The notes beneath the pieces were generated by a model. That model was not told the origin of the DNA and searched no databases. It worked only from the letters and a program-made list of their open reading frames with translations. From Thermodesulfobacteriota bacterium (lineage in GTDB: Bacteria > Desulfobacterota > Desulfobacteria > Desulfobacterales > Desulfosudaceae): DNA of 64,000 nt. The stretch is from positions 104-64,103 of the forward strand of contig JAXHVI010000227.1 in the NCBI GenBank assembly GCA_034189195.1, given 5' to 3'. Positions 1 through 10,522 of the stretch are shown in pieces. Made by a program: the position numbers and the translations under genes. Within the stretch, counting starts at the first letter, position 1, and each line of letters starts with the position of its first letter.

Positions 1-243
1 AAGACGGCACTCGTCTCAACCTCGTTGGTTAAGGTTTTTTTGTGTCTCTCAACACTATATCTACCTGAATCAACGAGGTTTTTTCAATACTTTTCTTCAC
101 CAAACATAGAATAATCGCGGATTTTGGGAACCGTGACGATGGCTTTTGATGCTGCCCCAAGCCTCAATCCAATGCGGTTAAAGCCAGGGCTCATGTTTCA
201 TTCCGTGTCATTATCGATTATCACCGAGGTCTCTCAAAATTAA

Positions 244-272
244 TTGACACTCGTGATTCTGCCTGGTATGTA
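244..272 (+). promoter_or_regulatory. Candidate sigma70 promoter for the TcA-like gene
   Basis: TTGACA (244-249), 17-nt spacer, TG-n-TATGTA in an AT-rich intergenic region. Confidence 0.35.
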
Positions 273-503
273 TCGTTTATTCCCGCATAATCATAGCGAT
301 ATCGTAAAAGTACAATAAAGATATATTTCTATTGAAACCATAAAAAAGATGAGGCTGAAATCACAGCTAATTTTTATTTCTACATGCTCTTCATGGTCAA
401 AAAATAAGACTTTTTAGGAAGCCATCAACCATAACTGTCAGTAATTATTTCATTCCACCAATAATAATCATCTGCATGGGCGCTTGCCCGGGGGGGGGCT
501 GCA

Positions 504-3500
504 ATGAAATTTCTCGATGAATCCTTTGACCAGCGAAAATCAAAAGACGTTAAAAAACTACAGGATATTCTTGTTTATCTCGGCGGCGCCATTGATGAGA
601 AATCTGAAGACCGGCAAACCCGCAAGATCGGAAAAATTACCACCAAGGCCCTGGTAAAGGTGAAAAAGGACCTGTCGCTGCCCGCCAACGATCGCATTAA
701 CAAGTCCACCATTGCAGCCCTGAATCAAAAAATTATTATGAAACGCTTCAGCACAAAGACCCAGACCGCGCAGTTGCACCAGATGCTGACCCGGGCAAGT
801 CGGATCGCGGATTTTAAAATTGATCTCAGGGATGACCAGAAAAGCCGCGAACAGGGCGCGCAGACGAGCCGGGCACTACGGGTGTTTCAGAAACAATACA
901 ACCTTCGGCAGACTGGCCGGCTGGATAAGGAAACCCTGGAGCGGCTTGAATCGGTGGCTGCCAGTCAGGTGGCGCCAATCAAAAAACTGAAGGTCCCGCG
1001 ATCCGATCGGCTCATGAAGGTCCGGTATCCCATTCGGCTGCACATGCAAAAGGAAAAGGTCCGGGACCTTCAGCGTGCCCTTTCCTGGCTGGGGTATACC
1101 ATTGACAAGAAAGAAGCGGTCATACCGCGTTACGGCAAAACCACGCGCAAGGCGGTGATGGCGTTTCAGTCTGAATACAGTCTCCCCGTGAGCGGAAACG
1201 TGGGATTTAAAACCGCCAAGAAAATGAACGCCCTGATTGACGCCAACAGCCGGATGGTGTCTTGCCGGGACAAATACCGGGTCCGAGGCACGGTGCGCGA
1301 TGCGTTGTGGAAGGGTATTAAACTGGCAACGGTCCAGGTGTTTGAAAAGCAGATGCGCGCGGACAAGCTGCTGGCGGAGCGGAAGACTCTGAAGAACGGG
1401 TTTTATGACCTCCAATACGCCCCGCCCGTGGATCCCCTCACGGGAAAGCCTCGCGAAATTTTTCAGTTACAGGTGAAGGTGACCGAGCCGGACAAGACGG
1501 TGATCGGTGAAAAGACCTTTCATGTGACCGGCAAGGTGTTGTGGGCAAACTTTACCCAGGGCGACGCGCCGTACAAGGGAAAAGCTGACTTTCAGGTACT
1601 GGAAAAAATTTTATGCAAGGCCCTGGGAAAGGGAACCCCCATTGACACCATTGAAGAGAGCGATACCCACCGGGACATCACCTACCTGCGCAAGGCGGCC
1701 AGGCTGGCGGCAGAAGATATTATGAAGATGACCCTGGCGGCCAGGACGGCCAAGGTCGTAAACCGGCCGTATCTAACAGCCGAGGTGTTTTATGCTTTTA
1801 TTCGCCAGAACCAGCCGTCCACACTTCCCGGCGACCTCTTGCCGGACCGGCCGGAAGAGTGGGCGGGCTGGATTGCCTCCCTGGTAGAGCATTGCGCCGA
1901 TGGTATTCCCCTGCTGGAGGACAGCCTGCGGGCGGAGGTCCTTGAAAATGCGTTGAAGCAGAACATGGTCTCCCGCCAGGTGGCCGAGGATAAAACGGCC
2001 ATTCTGCAAGCACTGGCGGAAAAGAAGACCGATCTGGTACTGGAAAAACCGCTGCTGGACGGAACGGGCTCGCTTCAGACCATTTTGAATGCCTCCACCG
2101 TACCGACGAATAAGCACAGGTCGGTAGGCGCCTGTTTTGCCCAGGCAAGGGGATTTACCCCGGCTTTCTGGCAGTCCATGGCCGGCATATCCGAAATAAG
2201 CAAGGCCGGGGTTGAAGATTTGCGGACCACTGTCGATTTGGGGTGGATCACCGGCACCTTTGGCGGCATGATCACGCATCTGAAAACCGGCCTGGGGGAT
2301 GGTACCTATACGACGGTGAGTAATCTGGCGACGCTTTCCACCAAGCAATGGCTTTCGGTGATATCCCAGAGCGGCAGCAATGTTCCGGACTGGGTCAGCG
2401 GTGACAGCGCCCAGCAGAAAAGAAGGGCCTATGCCGAATTGATGAAAAAAAATGCGGAGACACGGTTCCCGGCGGTGTCCCTGATCGCTGACACAAGCCG
2501 CAGCAACGCTCATGCACTGGGGTCGGTGGAAAATATCCTTGCCGCCATCGAGGCCAGTCCGGACTTTGATTTAAAGCGGGATTCCTGCCAACACCTGTTT
2601 GCCGATACCGGCGCCGGTCTTTCCGAACATGAAAGAATGGCCACAAAGGTATTGCAGCGAATTCATCGCATTGCCCCGTCCGCGAATGCCGGTGTGAAGC
2701 TGCTGGAAGCGGGATTCTACAGCGCGGCCCAGGTGTACCACAATGGCCGGGCAAATTTTGTCGACGCGATGGAAAAGAACGGCATGACAAAGGCGGATGC
2801 GGAGCAGGTATTTAACGCAAGCGAGCATCAATATGCCGTTGTTCTGACGGCGCTGGGTAAGTTTTACCAGGATTTTTACATTGTTGAGCCGGCATCGATT
2901 CTTTCCCGCGCGTATAAAAGCGGTGACCTTGAAGCACTGACAACCGAAATCCCCGACCTTGAGACTCTTTTCGGCCCCATTGATATCCGGGAGGTGCGGC
3001 ACTGCGAATCCGTGCTCGGTCCATCGGCCTATCTCACCGACCTGTTCCGTTTCCTGAATGAAAAAAAAGCCAAGACCAGCGGCAAAACCGTAAAAGACGT
3101 GCTGTTTGAGCGTCGCCCCGACCTGGGGCATATCAAGCTGAACTGCGCCAACACCAATACGTCCATGCCGTATATCGATCTGGTGTGTGAAATCCTGGAA
3201 AACCGGGTAATGGACGGGGACGGTGTGGTGGATTTTCAATGTACCTGGCCGGCCGCTGACCTGTTGGCCGAGCCGGAACATGTGCTCGCGGAGGCCTATG
3301 ATCGAATCAAAATGGCCGATTACCCGCTGTTTGGCCATTTCAATCTCTGGCAGGCTGAAACACGGATGTATCTCTCCCACCTGGGGGTCCCCCGTTATCA
3401 CCTTATGGAAACCTTTCTGATACCCACCGGCTCGGCGACGCAGCAGACCGCTGATCAATGCAGTATCGCGGCGGAATATTTCGGCATCGCGAGCCAGGAT

Positions 3501-6500
3501 CAGCAAGTCGTTATTACCCCCCGGCCCAGCGACCACTGGCAGAAGCGTTATTGGAGCAACGACATTCTGGGAACGGATGTGCCGGTGGACAGGCTGCTTC
3601 GAAAGTCCGGCCTGACCTATCACCAATTGCTGGAACTGCTTCAATGCCCCTTTATCAACAGCCAATCGCCCGAGAGTATTGTGAGGTGCCCGATTGATGA
3701 TTGCGACCTGAGTAATCAGACCGTGGACAATCTCTCACTGGATCGCCTGGACCGGATGAACCGGTTTCTCCGGCTGTGGTACCGCACCGGTATGCAACTC
3801 TGGGAGCTTGATCTTCTGGTCTCGCACCCGGCCGTGGGTAATGGCGTGCTGGACGACCAGTGCCTGATCAAACTGAAACAGTTTGACGCGCTGCGTAACG
3901 AACTGAATCTGGAGAGCGAGGAACTGGCGGCATTTTTCGGCCCCATCAACAGTGCTTCCAGGCCCGCGGCTACCAATGCCGGAAAGTATGAGAAATGCCT
4001 ATTTGAAAAGCTTTTTCTCAGTGGTTCTATGGATGCCGTCCTGTACGACGATTTTTTGCAGTTAATGACAACGCCCTCATCAGGCAACGAGGTCACGCCT
4101 TACCTGGACCATGTCGCGACCGCTCTTTCCAGTGAAAGGGAGGTCCTGATGATGCTCCTTCCGCTTACGGACGGACATTTCACGGTAGACACACTGTCGG
4201 TTTTCTTCCGGTATGTGACCCTGGCCGATACCTTGAAATGGAAAGTCGCGGAGCTCTTGTTGTATTGTGACCTTGCCGGCATCGCCGATCCGTTTGACGA
4301 TTTTACCACGGTTGAACGTATTGTCCATGAGAAAGACCTGTTGCGGAATGGGGATGCCACCCTGCTAGAGCTTGAATACCTGCTGACCTATGCGCCGGAC
4401 TCTTCGGCCGGCTGGCGACAGGAAGTTTATGCGCAGCGATTGCAGGGGCTGCGGGAAGCCTTGGCCGGGCTTCAGAACCAGATAACAACAGCGGAAGAAA
4501 CCGGTGAAGACAGCTTGCAAATGCTGATGGCCATGGTGGGGCCGTTTGCCGATCCTGCCGTACTGGCGACCGCCATGGAAGTGATTGCCGGCACGTGGAC
4601 GGCCTCCCAGTCGGAAATCACCACATTCATTGAAGCGTGTTTCGGCGTGTTTGTGGCGGATACGGTAGCAGCCGTTGATACCCTGAAATACACAACCCCG
4701 GTTTCGTCGTCCCAACTGATGGAGCGACGGGACTACGTGATGGCCGAGATACTCAACTATCTGAACCGAACGACAATCAAGGAGTTTACCGCCGACACCT
4801 ATTCACTTGAAAGCAGCCAGGCCTCGGTATTGCTGGACAACCTGCATCTGCCCTCCCAGGCGCGAAGCCTGCTGGCCGTGCTTCAAGATGACCGGCTGTT
4901 TGAACGTGATGCCGACAACACCTATGTTTATGAGCTTGACCCGGATGAGCTGCCGGACCTGTTTGCCGCCCTGCATCTGTTGCACAAGGCATCCATGGCG
5001 GCACGTTGCCTGGACTGTAATACCGAGGCATTGACATGGCTCGCGAAAAATCCGTCGGCAGGCGAGACCCTGGACTTCAATGCCCTGCCGCTGGAAAGCA
5101 ATCCAGCCGCTGTCCCCCTTGAAAGATGGTTGCGGACATACCGTTTTCTGGCTTTCAATCGCCGGTTCCCGGCGCCCGAGGACGTGTCATTTTTTGACGT
5201 GCTCACGCTCGCCTCGGCCGCCGCGCCCGCCGAGGCAATCAACGACGCCCTGTGCGCGGTTACCGGATGGGACCCTGATGCGCATGCCTATCTTCATTAT
5301 CCGCAGCTCGACTACCAGTTGCCCGATACCTACGAATGGTTTGCCGAGTGTCATCGTCAGAAAAAAATCACAGCCTCGGATTTTCAAACGCTGTTTACCC
5401 TGGCCCATCGGGACCCGGATGGCGAGGAGCAGGAAAAGTCCCGCAAGGCCAGAAACATGGTCCAGGCAAAATATTCCCGCGAGCGCTGGCTGGAGATTCT
5501 CAAGCCCATGATGGACCCGTTGCGGGAACAGAAACGGGCGGCCCTGACCGCTTATCTGGTGGAACGGTCCCAATGGGAGCATTCTTCTTCCAGCCCCTTA
5601 TACTGGACATCCCCGGACGATTTGTACGGCTGGTTTTTGATTGATGTGGAGATGTGCGCCTATCAGCTTACCTCCCGGATAAAACAGGCGATTTTATCCA
5701 CCCAGTTGTTCGTGCAGCGCTGTATGCTGAACCTTGAGCACCGGGATGTCGAAGTGGCCCAGCCGGACCCGGACGTGGAAAACAACTGGGATCAGTGGAA
5801 ATGGATGAAAAATTACCGGATATGGGAAGCCAACCGGAAAGTGTTTCTATTTCCGGAAAACTGGATTGAGCCCGAGCTTCGGGATACCAAGTCGCCGTTT
5901 TTTGAAGAGCTGGAGAGCGATATTCTGTCCCGTGAGATCACCAACGATAACGTGGAAAGCGCGCTGCAGCGGTACATTCAGAAGCTTGATGAAGTCTCCC
6001 GGCTTGAGGTGTGCAGCATTTTTCACCAGCGGGAAGGTTCCGTAAACCGGCTGCATGTAGTGGGCCGGACCCGAAGTATTCCGGCAATGTTTTATTACCG
6101 GTATTATGATCTGGTCTATTCTCGCTGGTCTCCCTGGGAACAGATACAGAACGATATTGAGTCCGACCATGTGGTGCCTTGGGTATATAATCGCAAGCTG
6201 CACCTGTTCTGGCTGATATTTCATGAAAAGCCGGTGAAACTAAAAAAGCTTCCGCCGGTAAAGCAGAGCGACACGCCCGTGCAGAACAGCGAGCCGGCCA
6301 AAATGTTCGAGATTGAGCTGGCATGGTGTGTCCGGCAGCCGGACGGGTGGGATGCCCGGCGCGTTTCCAAAAAGAAACTTGTCCATCCATGGGAACGCCC
6401 CACCTTTTCTTATAATCTCAAGCCGCGGTATAAGGCAGCGGACAACTCGCTGTCCCTGGATATTTATATATCCACCTCTAAATCGTTTAATGACGGCAAG

Positions 6501-9500
6501 TTTTATGATCAGTTCACCCATGAAAAACTGCGGATGACAAATGTTTACTACGATCAGACGCTCCGGCCCTGGCATTCATCAAGCTTTGTGTTCACCGGCG
6601 CCGGGGTGCGGGAAGTGCTGCTGCGGGGCATCCCCGGGTATTATTTTGACCCGGACGCGGAGGGAAAAAAGACGATCACCTCCTATGACTACATTAAGAA
6701 AAACTTTGATGAGGCCGGCTCGGATATTTATCCGCTTGCTGTGATTTCAGAACAACTGGCCCTTCCATCGGGCATGCATTACAAGTATACCCGCCTTTCC
6801 AACAACCAGGACCATGACATTAATATCAGCAACCTGAATGTGTTCGGCCCGGACAGGGGCACCCGGACTATGCTGACAAATGCGGACAGCCCCTTTGAAG
6901 CGGTATTGTGCCAGCAAGGCCTGTCGCCCGTGGACGGCAGAATACGGCCGTTTTTGTACCAGGACAAGAAACGATCATTCTTTTTTCTGCAAACCCGGGA
7001 TGAAAATTTCTGGAACTATCTTTTCAATTGGGAGGAAGGCATTTATCAGGCCCGACCGTTTTATCATCCCTATGTCGAGATATTTCAGCAGGAGATTAAC
7101 CGGGCCGGCGTGGAAGGATTGTTCAAACGGCGGCTGCAGCTTAATCCTGGTCACTATTCAAGCCGGTCCCCGTTTTCTTTTGATTCCCAATATGCCCCCG
7201 CCTGGGGGGTGAACGGCGACGCGGCAGAAACAGAAGCGCTGGATTTTGCCAGAAACGGTGCTTACTCCATTTACAACTGGGAGCTGTTTTTTCACGCCCC
7301 GCTGATGATCGCCTGCCGCCTCACCCAGAACCAGCGGTTTGAAGAGGCCATGCAGTGGTTCCATTACATTTTTGATCCCACCAGTACCGATTATTATCCG
7401 TCACCGCAGCGCTTCTGGATCACCAAACCGTTCCATGAAACCAGTGCGGAGGAATACCGGATCCAGCGGATCAGAAATATTATTGAAAATATCGACGACT
7501 TCAAGGGGCAACTGCTCGAGTGGCGAAACAATCCCTTTAAACCGCATCTGATCGCGGAACACCGGACCGTGGCCTATCAACGGACCGTGGTCATGAAGTA
7601 CCTGGATAACCTGATTTCATGGGGCGACCGGCTTTTCCGCCAGGACTCCATGGAGTCCATTAACGAAGCCACGATGTTGTATATCCTGGCCCACGAGCTG
7701 CTGGGGGCTAGGCCGACCATCGTGCCCGCCATCCACCGTGATGAAAAGACCTTTAATGAACTGCTGGAAGAAGGGGCGCTGGATACGTTCGGCAACACAA
7801 AGGTGGAAATCGCGGCGGAAAACGTGCTGGGCCTGCCCATTGAATATACCCTCTCCGGTTCATCGATGGAGCCCATGCCGGACCTTGAAATATCCTATTT
7901 CGGCCTGCCCCATAACGATAAGCTCCTGTCATACTGGGATACGGTGGAAGACCGGTTGTTCAAAATCCGGCACGGTCTAAATATCGAGGGATTGAAGCGG
8001 CAGCTGCCCCTGTTTGAACCGCCCATTGATCCGGCCATGCTGGTAAAAGCCGCGGCCGCCGGACTGGACCTGGCCACGGTGCTGAACGACCTCAATGCCC
8101 CGTCACCGGCTTACCGGTTCCAGGTGCTTGCGAAAAAGGCCCTTGAATTCTGCGGTGACGTCAAACGGCTGGGCGACCACCTGCTGTCAGCGCTGGAGAA
8201 AAAGGATTCCGAAGAAATGGCGGTGCTGCGGGCCGGCAATGTCGTGGCCGTGCTGGAAAATATGCGGGAGATCAAGGAGCTGCGGATTGACGCGGCCCGA
8301 TATGCCATTGAGGCCCTCACCCGGCAGCAGGAAATCTGCCAGATTCGTATTGATCACATTAAAAGTCTGGACGAAAAACTTGATGCCGAGAAAAAGGCCG
8401 GTGACTGGGGAACGGCCGCCACGGTGTTCAAGGCTCTCAGCAAGGCTTCCAATGTGGGGGCCATGATCGCGTCCGCCATACCCGATGCCAGCGCCGGGGC
8501 CAATGGCGCGGGCGGTACGCCGGAAGCCACGGTTCAGGGGGGCGGTTCCAATGTGGAAAAGGGGTTCAAGTATGCCGGTAAGGGGTTTGATGCTGCCGCG
8601 GAACTATGCAAGTGGATGCAGGATGACCTGAAATCCGAGGCCAAGAGCGAACGGACCAAAGCTGAACGGGCCGCCAAGATTGCAGAAGAAGAAAAAGCGA
8701 TTGAAAGCCTGGACAACAAGATACTGGGGGCCGAGATACTGGCGCAGATCGCGGAGAAAGACTTGGAAAACTTTGAAGCCCAGCTGGAAATCAAGCATGG
8801 CGAGCATGCCTATCTTCAGGAAAAGTATACCAATGCGCAGCTTTACCAATGGATGATCACCCAGATCTCCACGGTCTATTTTCAGGCGTATCAGCTTGCT
8901 TATGATATGGCCAAACGGGCCGAAAAGAGCTACCAGCGGGAACTGGGCGTGGGCAATACCGGATTTATCCGGTTCGGCCACTGGGACAGCCTCAAAAAAG
9001 GATTGCTTTCGGCCGACCGCCTGATTCAGGATATCCGTCGTATGGAAGCGTCTTTCCTTGATCAGCACAAGCGTGAACTGGAGCTGACCAAGCATGTGTC
9101 GCTTGCCCGGCTGGCGCCTGACAAGCTGCTGGAGCTTATCATAACCGGCCGGTGCTCCCTTGACCTGGCGGAGTGGATGTACAATCTTGACTATCCGGGG
9201 CATTACCGCCGGCGGATCAAATCGGTTGCCGTGACTATCCTGTGCAAGGCCGATCCGTTTACCAACCTGAATTGCAGTCTCAGCCTGGGAACAAACGAGG
9301 TCCGGATCAGCAACCTTGTGGGGCCGGGATATGCAAAAAGAGACGAAGAGGACACACGGTTTGAGGTGCAGCAGGGATTCGGCGATACCATTGCCACGAG
9401 TCACGGGGAATGGGACAATGGACTGTTCCGGCTGGATTTCAATGACGACCGGTTTTTGCCCTTTGAAGGCGCCGGCGCGGTAGGGGTATGGGATATACAT

Positions 9501-10058
9501 ATGCCGCGGGAACACAATGCTTTTGATTATGGGACCCTGGCCGATGTAGTGCTGCATGTCCATTATACCGCCCTGGACGGCGGTGAAGCGCTGGCCGAGG
9601 GTGCCCGGAATGAGTTGAATGACATCCTGGCTGAAGGCGGCACGCTGCTGGTGGGCCTGAAGCAGTGTTTTCCTGATACCTGGGAGACTTTTTTGACACC
9701 CGAACCGCCCGGATCGCCTCAGGTGTTTAGCTGCGAGATAACGGCCGCCCATTACCCGTTTCTGGCCCGGATGGGGAGACTTGAGCTGACCGGTATGGGC
9801 ATGGTGGTCGCGGGCAAACATGTCGGCAACTATGCGGCCAGGGTGTCAATCCCCGGGCAACCGGATATTGATTGCGACCTGACCACTGACTCGGGTTTGA
9901 AGAATGTGCATCACAATCCGGCGGTCTTTGACGGCACTGCGCCGGGCACCGGCACGTTCAGCGTCATGGTCCGGCGGGACACGGCCGGGGCAAACGATTT
10001 TTCATCCCTGCCCGAAGATGACCTGGAGGATATTTATCTGATCTTACGGTATGCATAA
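504..10058 (+). CDS. Tc toxin complex subunit A (TcA/TcdA)-like protein with three N-terminal peptidoglycan-binding-like repeats
   Basis: 3184 aa. TcA motifs: SVLGPSAYLTDL...RRPDLGHIKLNCANTNTSMPYIDLVCEILE (VRP1/SpvA-like), LYGWFLIDVEM..TSRIKQAI..QLFVQRC, WKWMKNYRIWEANRKVFLFPENWIEPELR, YNWELFFHAP, YWDTVEDRLFKIRHGLNIEG, DYPGHYRRRIKSV...DDRFLPFEGAGAV (TcB-binding domain). N-terminal repeats such as VRDLQRALSWLGY...YGKTTRKAVMAFQSEYSLPVSGNVG. Confidence 0.88.
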   Translation: MKFLDESFDQRKSKDVKKLQDILVYLGGAIDEKSEDRQTRKIGKITTKALVKVKKDLSLPANDRINKSTIAALNQKIIMKRFSTKTQTAQLHQMLTRASRIADFKIDLRDDQKSREQGAQTSRALRVFQKQYNLRQTGRLDKETLERLESVAASQVAPIKKLKVPRSDRLMKVRYPIRLHMQKEKVRDLQRALSWLGYTIDKKEAVIPRYGKTTRKAVMAFQSEYSLPVSGNVGFKTAKKMNALIDANSRMVSCRDKYRVRGTVRDALWKGIKLATVQVFEKQMRADKLLAERKTLKNGFYDLQYAPPVDPLTGKPREIFQLQVKVTEPDKTVIGEKTFHVTGKVLWANFTQGDAPYKGKADFQVLEKILCKALGKGTPIDTIEESDTHRDITYLRKAARLAAEDIMKMTLAARTAKVVNRPYLTAEVFYAFIRQNQPSTLPGDLLPDRPEEWAGWIASLVEHCADGIPLLEDSLRAEVLENALKQNMVSRQVAEDKTAILQALAEKKTDLVLEKPLLDGTGSLQTILNASTVPTNKHRSVGACFAQARGFTPAFWQSMAGISEISKAGVEDLRTTVDLGWITGTFGGMITHLKTGLGDGTYTTVSNLATLSTKQWLSVISQSGSNVPDWVSGDSAQQKRRAYAELMKKNAETRFPAVSLIADTSRSNAHALGSVENILAAIEASPDFDLKRDSCQHLFADTGAGLSEHERMATKVLQRIHRIAPSANAGVKLLEAGFYSAAQVYHNGRANFVDAMEKNGMTKADAEQVFNASEHQYAVVLTALGKFYQDFYIVEPASILSRAYKSGDLEALTTEIPDLETLFGPIDIREVRHCESVLGPSAYLTDLFRFLNEKKAKTSGKTVKDVLFERRPDLGHIKLNCANTNTSMPYIDLVCEILENRVMDGDGVVDFQCTWPAADLLAEPEHVLAEAYDRIKMADYPLFGHFNLWQAETRMYLSHLGVPRYHLMETFLIPTGSATQQTADQCSIAAEYFGIASQDQQVVITPRPSDHWQKRYWSNDILGTDVPVDRLLRKSGLTYHQLLELLQCPFINSQSPESIVRCPIDDCDLSNQTVDNLSLDRLDRMNRFLRLWYRTGMQLWELDLLVSHPAVGNGVLDDQCLIKLKQFDALRNELNLESEELAAFFGPINSASRPAATNAGKYEKCLFEKLFLSGSMDAVLYDDFLQLMTTPSSGNEVTPYLDHVATALSSEREVLMMLLPLTDGHFTVDTLSVFFRYVTLADTLKWKVAELLLYCDLAGIADPFDDFTTVERIVHEKDLLRNGDATLLELEYLLTYAPDSSAGWRQEVYAQRLQGLREALAGLQNQITTAEETGEDSLQMLMAMVGPFADPAVLATAMEVIAGTWTASQSEITTFIEACFGVFVADTVAAVDTLKYTTPVSSSQLMERRDYVMAEILNYLNRTTIKEFTADTYSLESSQASVLLDNLHLPSQARSLLAVLQDDRLFERDADNTYVYELDPDELPDLFAALHLLHKASMAARCLDCNTEALTWLAKNPSAGETLDFNALPLESNPAAVPLERWLRTYRFLAFNRRFPAPEDVSFFDVLTLASAAAPAEAINDALCAVTGWDPDAHAYLHYPQLDYQLPDTYEWFAECHRQKKITASDFQTLFTLAHRDPDGEEQEKSRKARNMVQAKYSRERWLEILKPMMDPLREQKRAALTAYLVERSQWEHSSSSPLYWTSPDDLYGWFLIDVEMCAYQLTSRIKQAILSTQLFVQRCMLNLEHRDVEVAQPDPDVENNWDQWKWMKNYRIWEANRKVFLFPENWIEPELRDTKSPFFEELESDILSREITNDNVESALQRYIQKLDEVSRLEVCSIFHQREGSVNRLHVVGRTRSIPAMFYYRYYDLVYSRWSPWEQIQNDIESDHVVPWVYNRKLHLFWLIFHEKPVKLKKLPPVKQSDTPVQNSEPAKMFEIELAWCVRQPDGWDARRVSKKKLVHPWERPTFSYNLKPRYKAADNSLSLDIYISTSKSFNDGKFYDQFTHEKLRMTNVYYDQTLRPWHSSSFVFTGAGVREVLLRGIPGYYFDPDAEGKKTITSYDYIKKNFDEAGSDIYPLAVISEQLALPSGMHYKYTRLSNNQDHDINISNLNVFGPDRGTRTMLTNADSPFEAVLCQQGLSPVDGRIRPFLYQDKKRSFFFLQTRDENFWNYLFNWEEGIYQARPFYHPYVEIFQQEINRAGVEGLFKRRLQLNPGHYSSRSPFSFDSQYAPAWGVNGDAAETEALDFARNGAYSIYNWELFFHAPLMIACRLTQNQRFEEAMQWFHYIFDPTSTDYYPSPQRFWITKPFHETSAEEYRIQRIRNIIENIDDFKGQLLEWRNNPFKPHLIAEHRTVAYQRTVVMKYLDNLISWGDRLFRQDSMESINEATMLYILAHELLGARPTIVPAIHRDEKTFNELLEEGALDTFGNTKVEIAAENVLGLPIEYTLSGSSMEPMPDLEISYFGLPHNDKLLSYWDTVEDRLFKIRHGLNIEGLKRQLPLFEPPIDPAMLVKAAAAGLDLATVLNDLNAPSPAYRFQVLAKKALEFCGDVKRLGDHLLSALEKKDSEEMAVLRAGNVVAVLENMREIKELRIDAARYAIEALTRQQEICQIRIDHIKSLDEKLDAEKKAGDWGTAATVFKALSKASNVGAMIASAIPDASAGANGAGGTPEATVQGGGSNVEKGFKYAGKGFDAAAELCKWMQDDLKSEAKSERTKAERAAKIAEEEKAIESLDNKILGAEILAQIAEKDLENFEAQLEIKHGEHAYLQEKYTNAQLYQWMITQISTVYFQAYQLAYDMAKRAEKSYQRELGVGNTGFIRFGHWDSLKKGLLSADRLIQDIRRMEASFLDQHKRELELTKHVSLARLAPDKLLELIITGRCSLDLAEWMYNLDYPGHYRRRIKSVAVTILCKADPFTNLNCSLSLGTNEVRISNLVGPGYAKRDEEDTRFEVQQGFGDTIATSHGEWDNGLFRLDFNDDRFLPFEGAGAVGVWDIHMPREHNAFDYGTLADVVLHVHYTALDGGEALAEGARNELNDILAEGGTLLVGLKQCFPDTWETFLTPEPPGSPQVFSCEITAAHYPFLARMGRLELTGMGMVVAGKHVGNYAARVSIPGQPDIDCDLTTDSGLKNVHHNPAVFDGTAPGTGTFSVMVRRDTAGANDFSSLPEDDLEDIYLILRYA

Positions 10059-10182
10059 TATCGCTTGACTTGTGTAAAAAAGTTGATAACATAGAATCGA
10101 ACTCGGGAAAACTTGGCGAATGGTATTGGTCTGAACTAGTGAAAAACACATATTAAGCCAGTAAGCAAAAGATTCTCGATAC

Positions 10183-10223
10183 AAAAAAGGCTGCCAGTCT
10201 GTAAAGTCTGGGGCCTTTTTTTT
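10183..10223. terminator. Probable bidirectional intrinsic terminator
   Basis: AAAAAAGGC...GGCCTTTTTTTT hairpin with A and T tracts on either side. Confidence 0.5.
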
Positions 10224-10268
10224 GGCAAAAGTCAAGTTTGGTTCAAATAGCAACAAAAGAGATCGGTC

Positions 10269-10448
10269 ATGGAACAGATCCATATTCATACCGCCAAGAC
10301 ACAACTTTCCAGGCTCATCGCAGATGGCAAGGAAGTTGTTATCGCACGCTATGGCCGTCCGGCGGCAAAACTGGTGCCCATTACCCCGCTGTTGAAAGAT
10401 CGTGTTCCGGGAACGGCTAAAAATAAAAGTGGATCTTCTCCAATTTAG
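10269..10448 (+). CDS. Phd/YefM-family antitoxin-like protein (59 aa, possibly truncated; absent from the ORF track)
   Basis: Manual translation MEQIHIHTAKTQLSRLIADGKEVVIARYGRPAAKLVPI...RVPG matches the prevent-host-death pattern (IHEAKTxLSRL...EEVVIARxGxPxAxLVP). Confidence 0.75.
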   Translation: MEQIHIHTAKTQLSRLIADGKEVVIARYGRPAAKLVPITPLLKDRVPGTAKNKSGSSPI

Positions 10449-10522
10449 TGGGTGCGAAGGGTTCAAGGAGTCGAGGGTCCAAGGGTTTGTTTTTGAAAGA
10501 TTTATAAAGGCTCTGTACCTGT

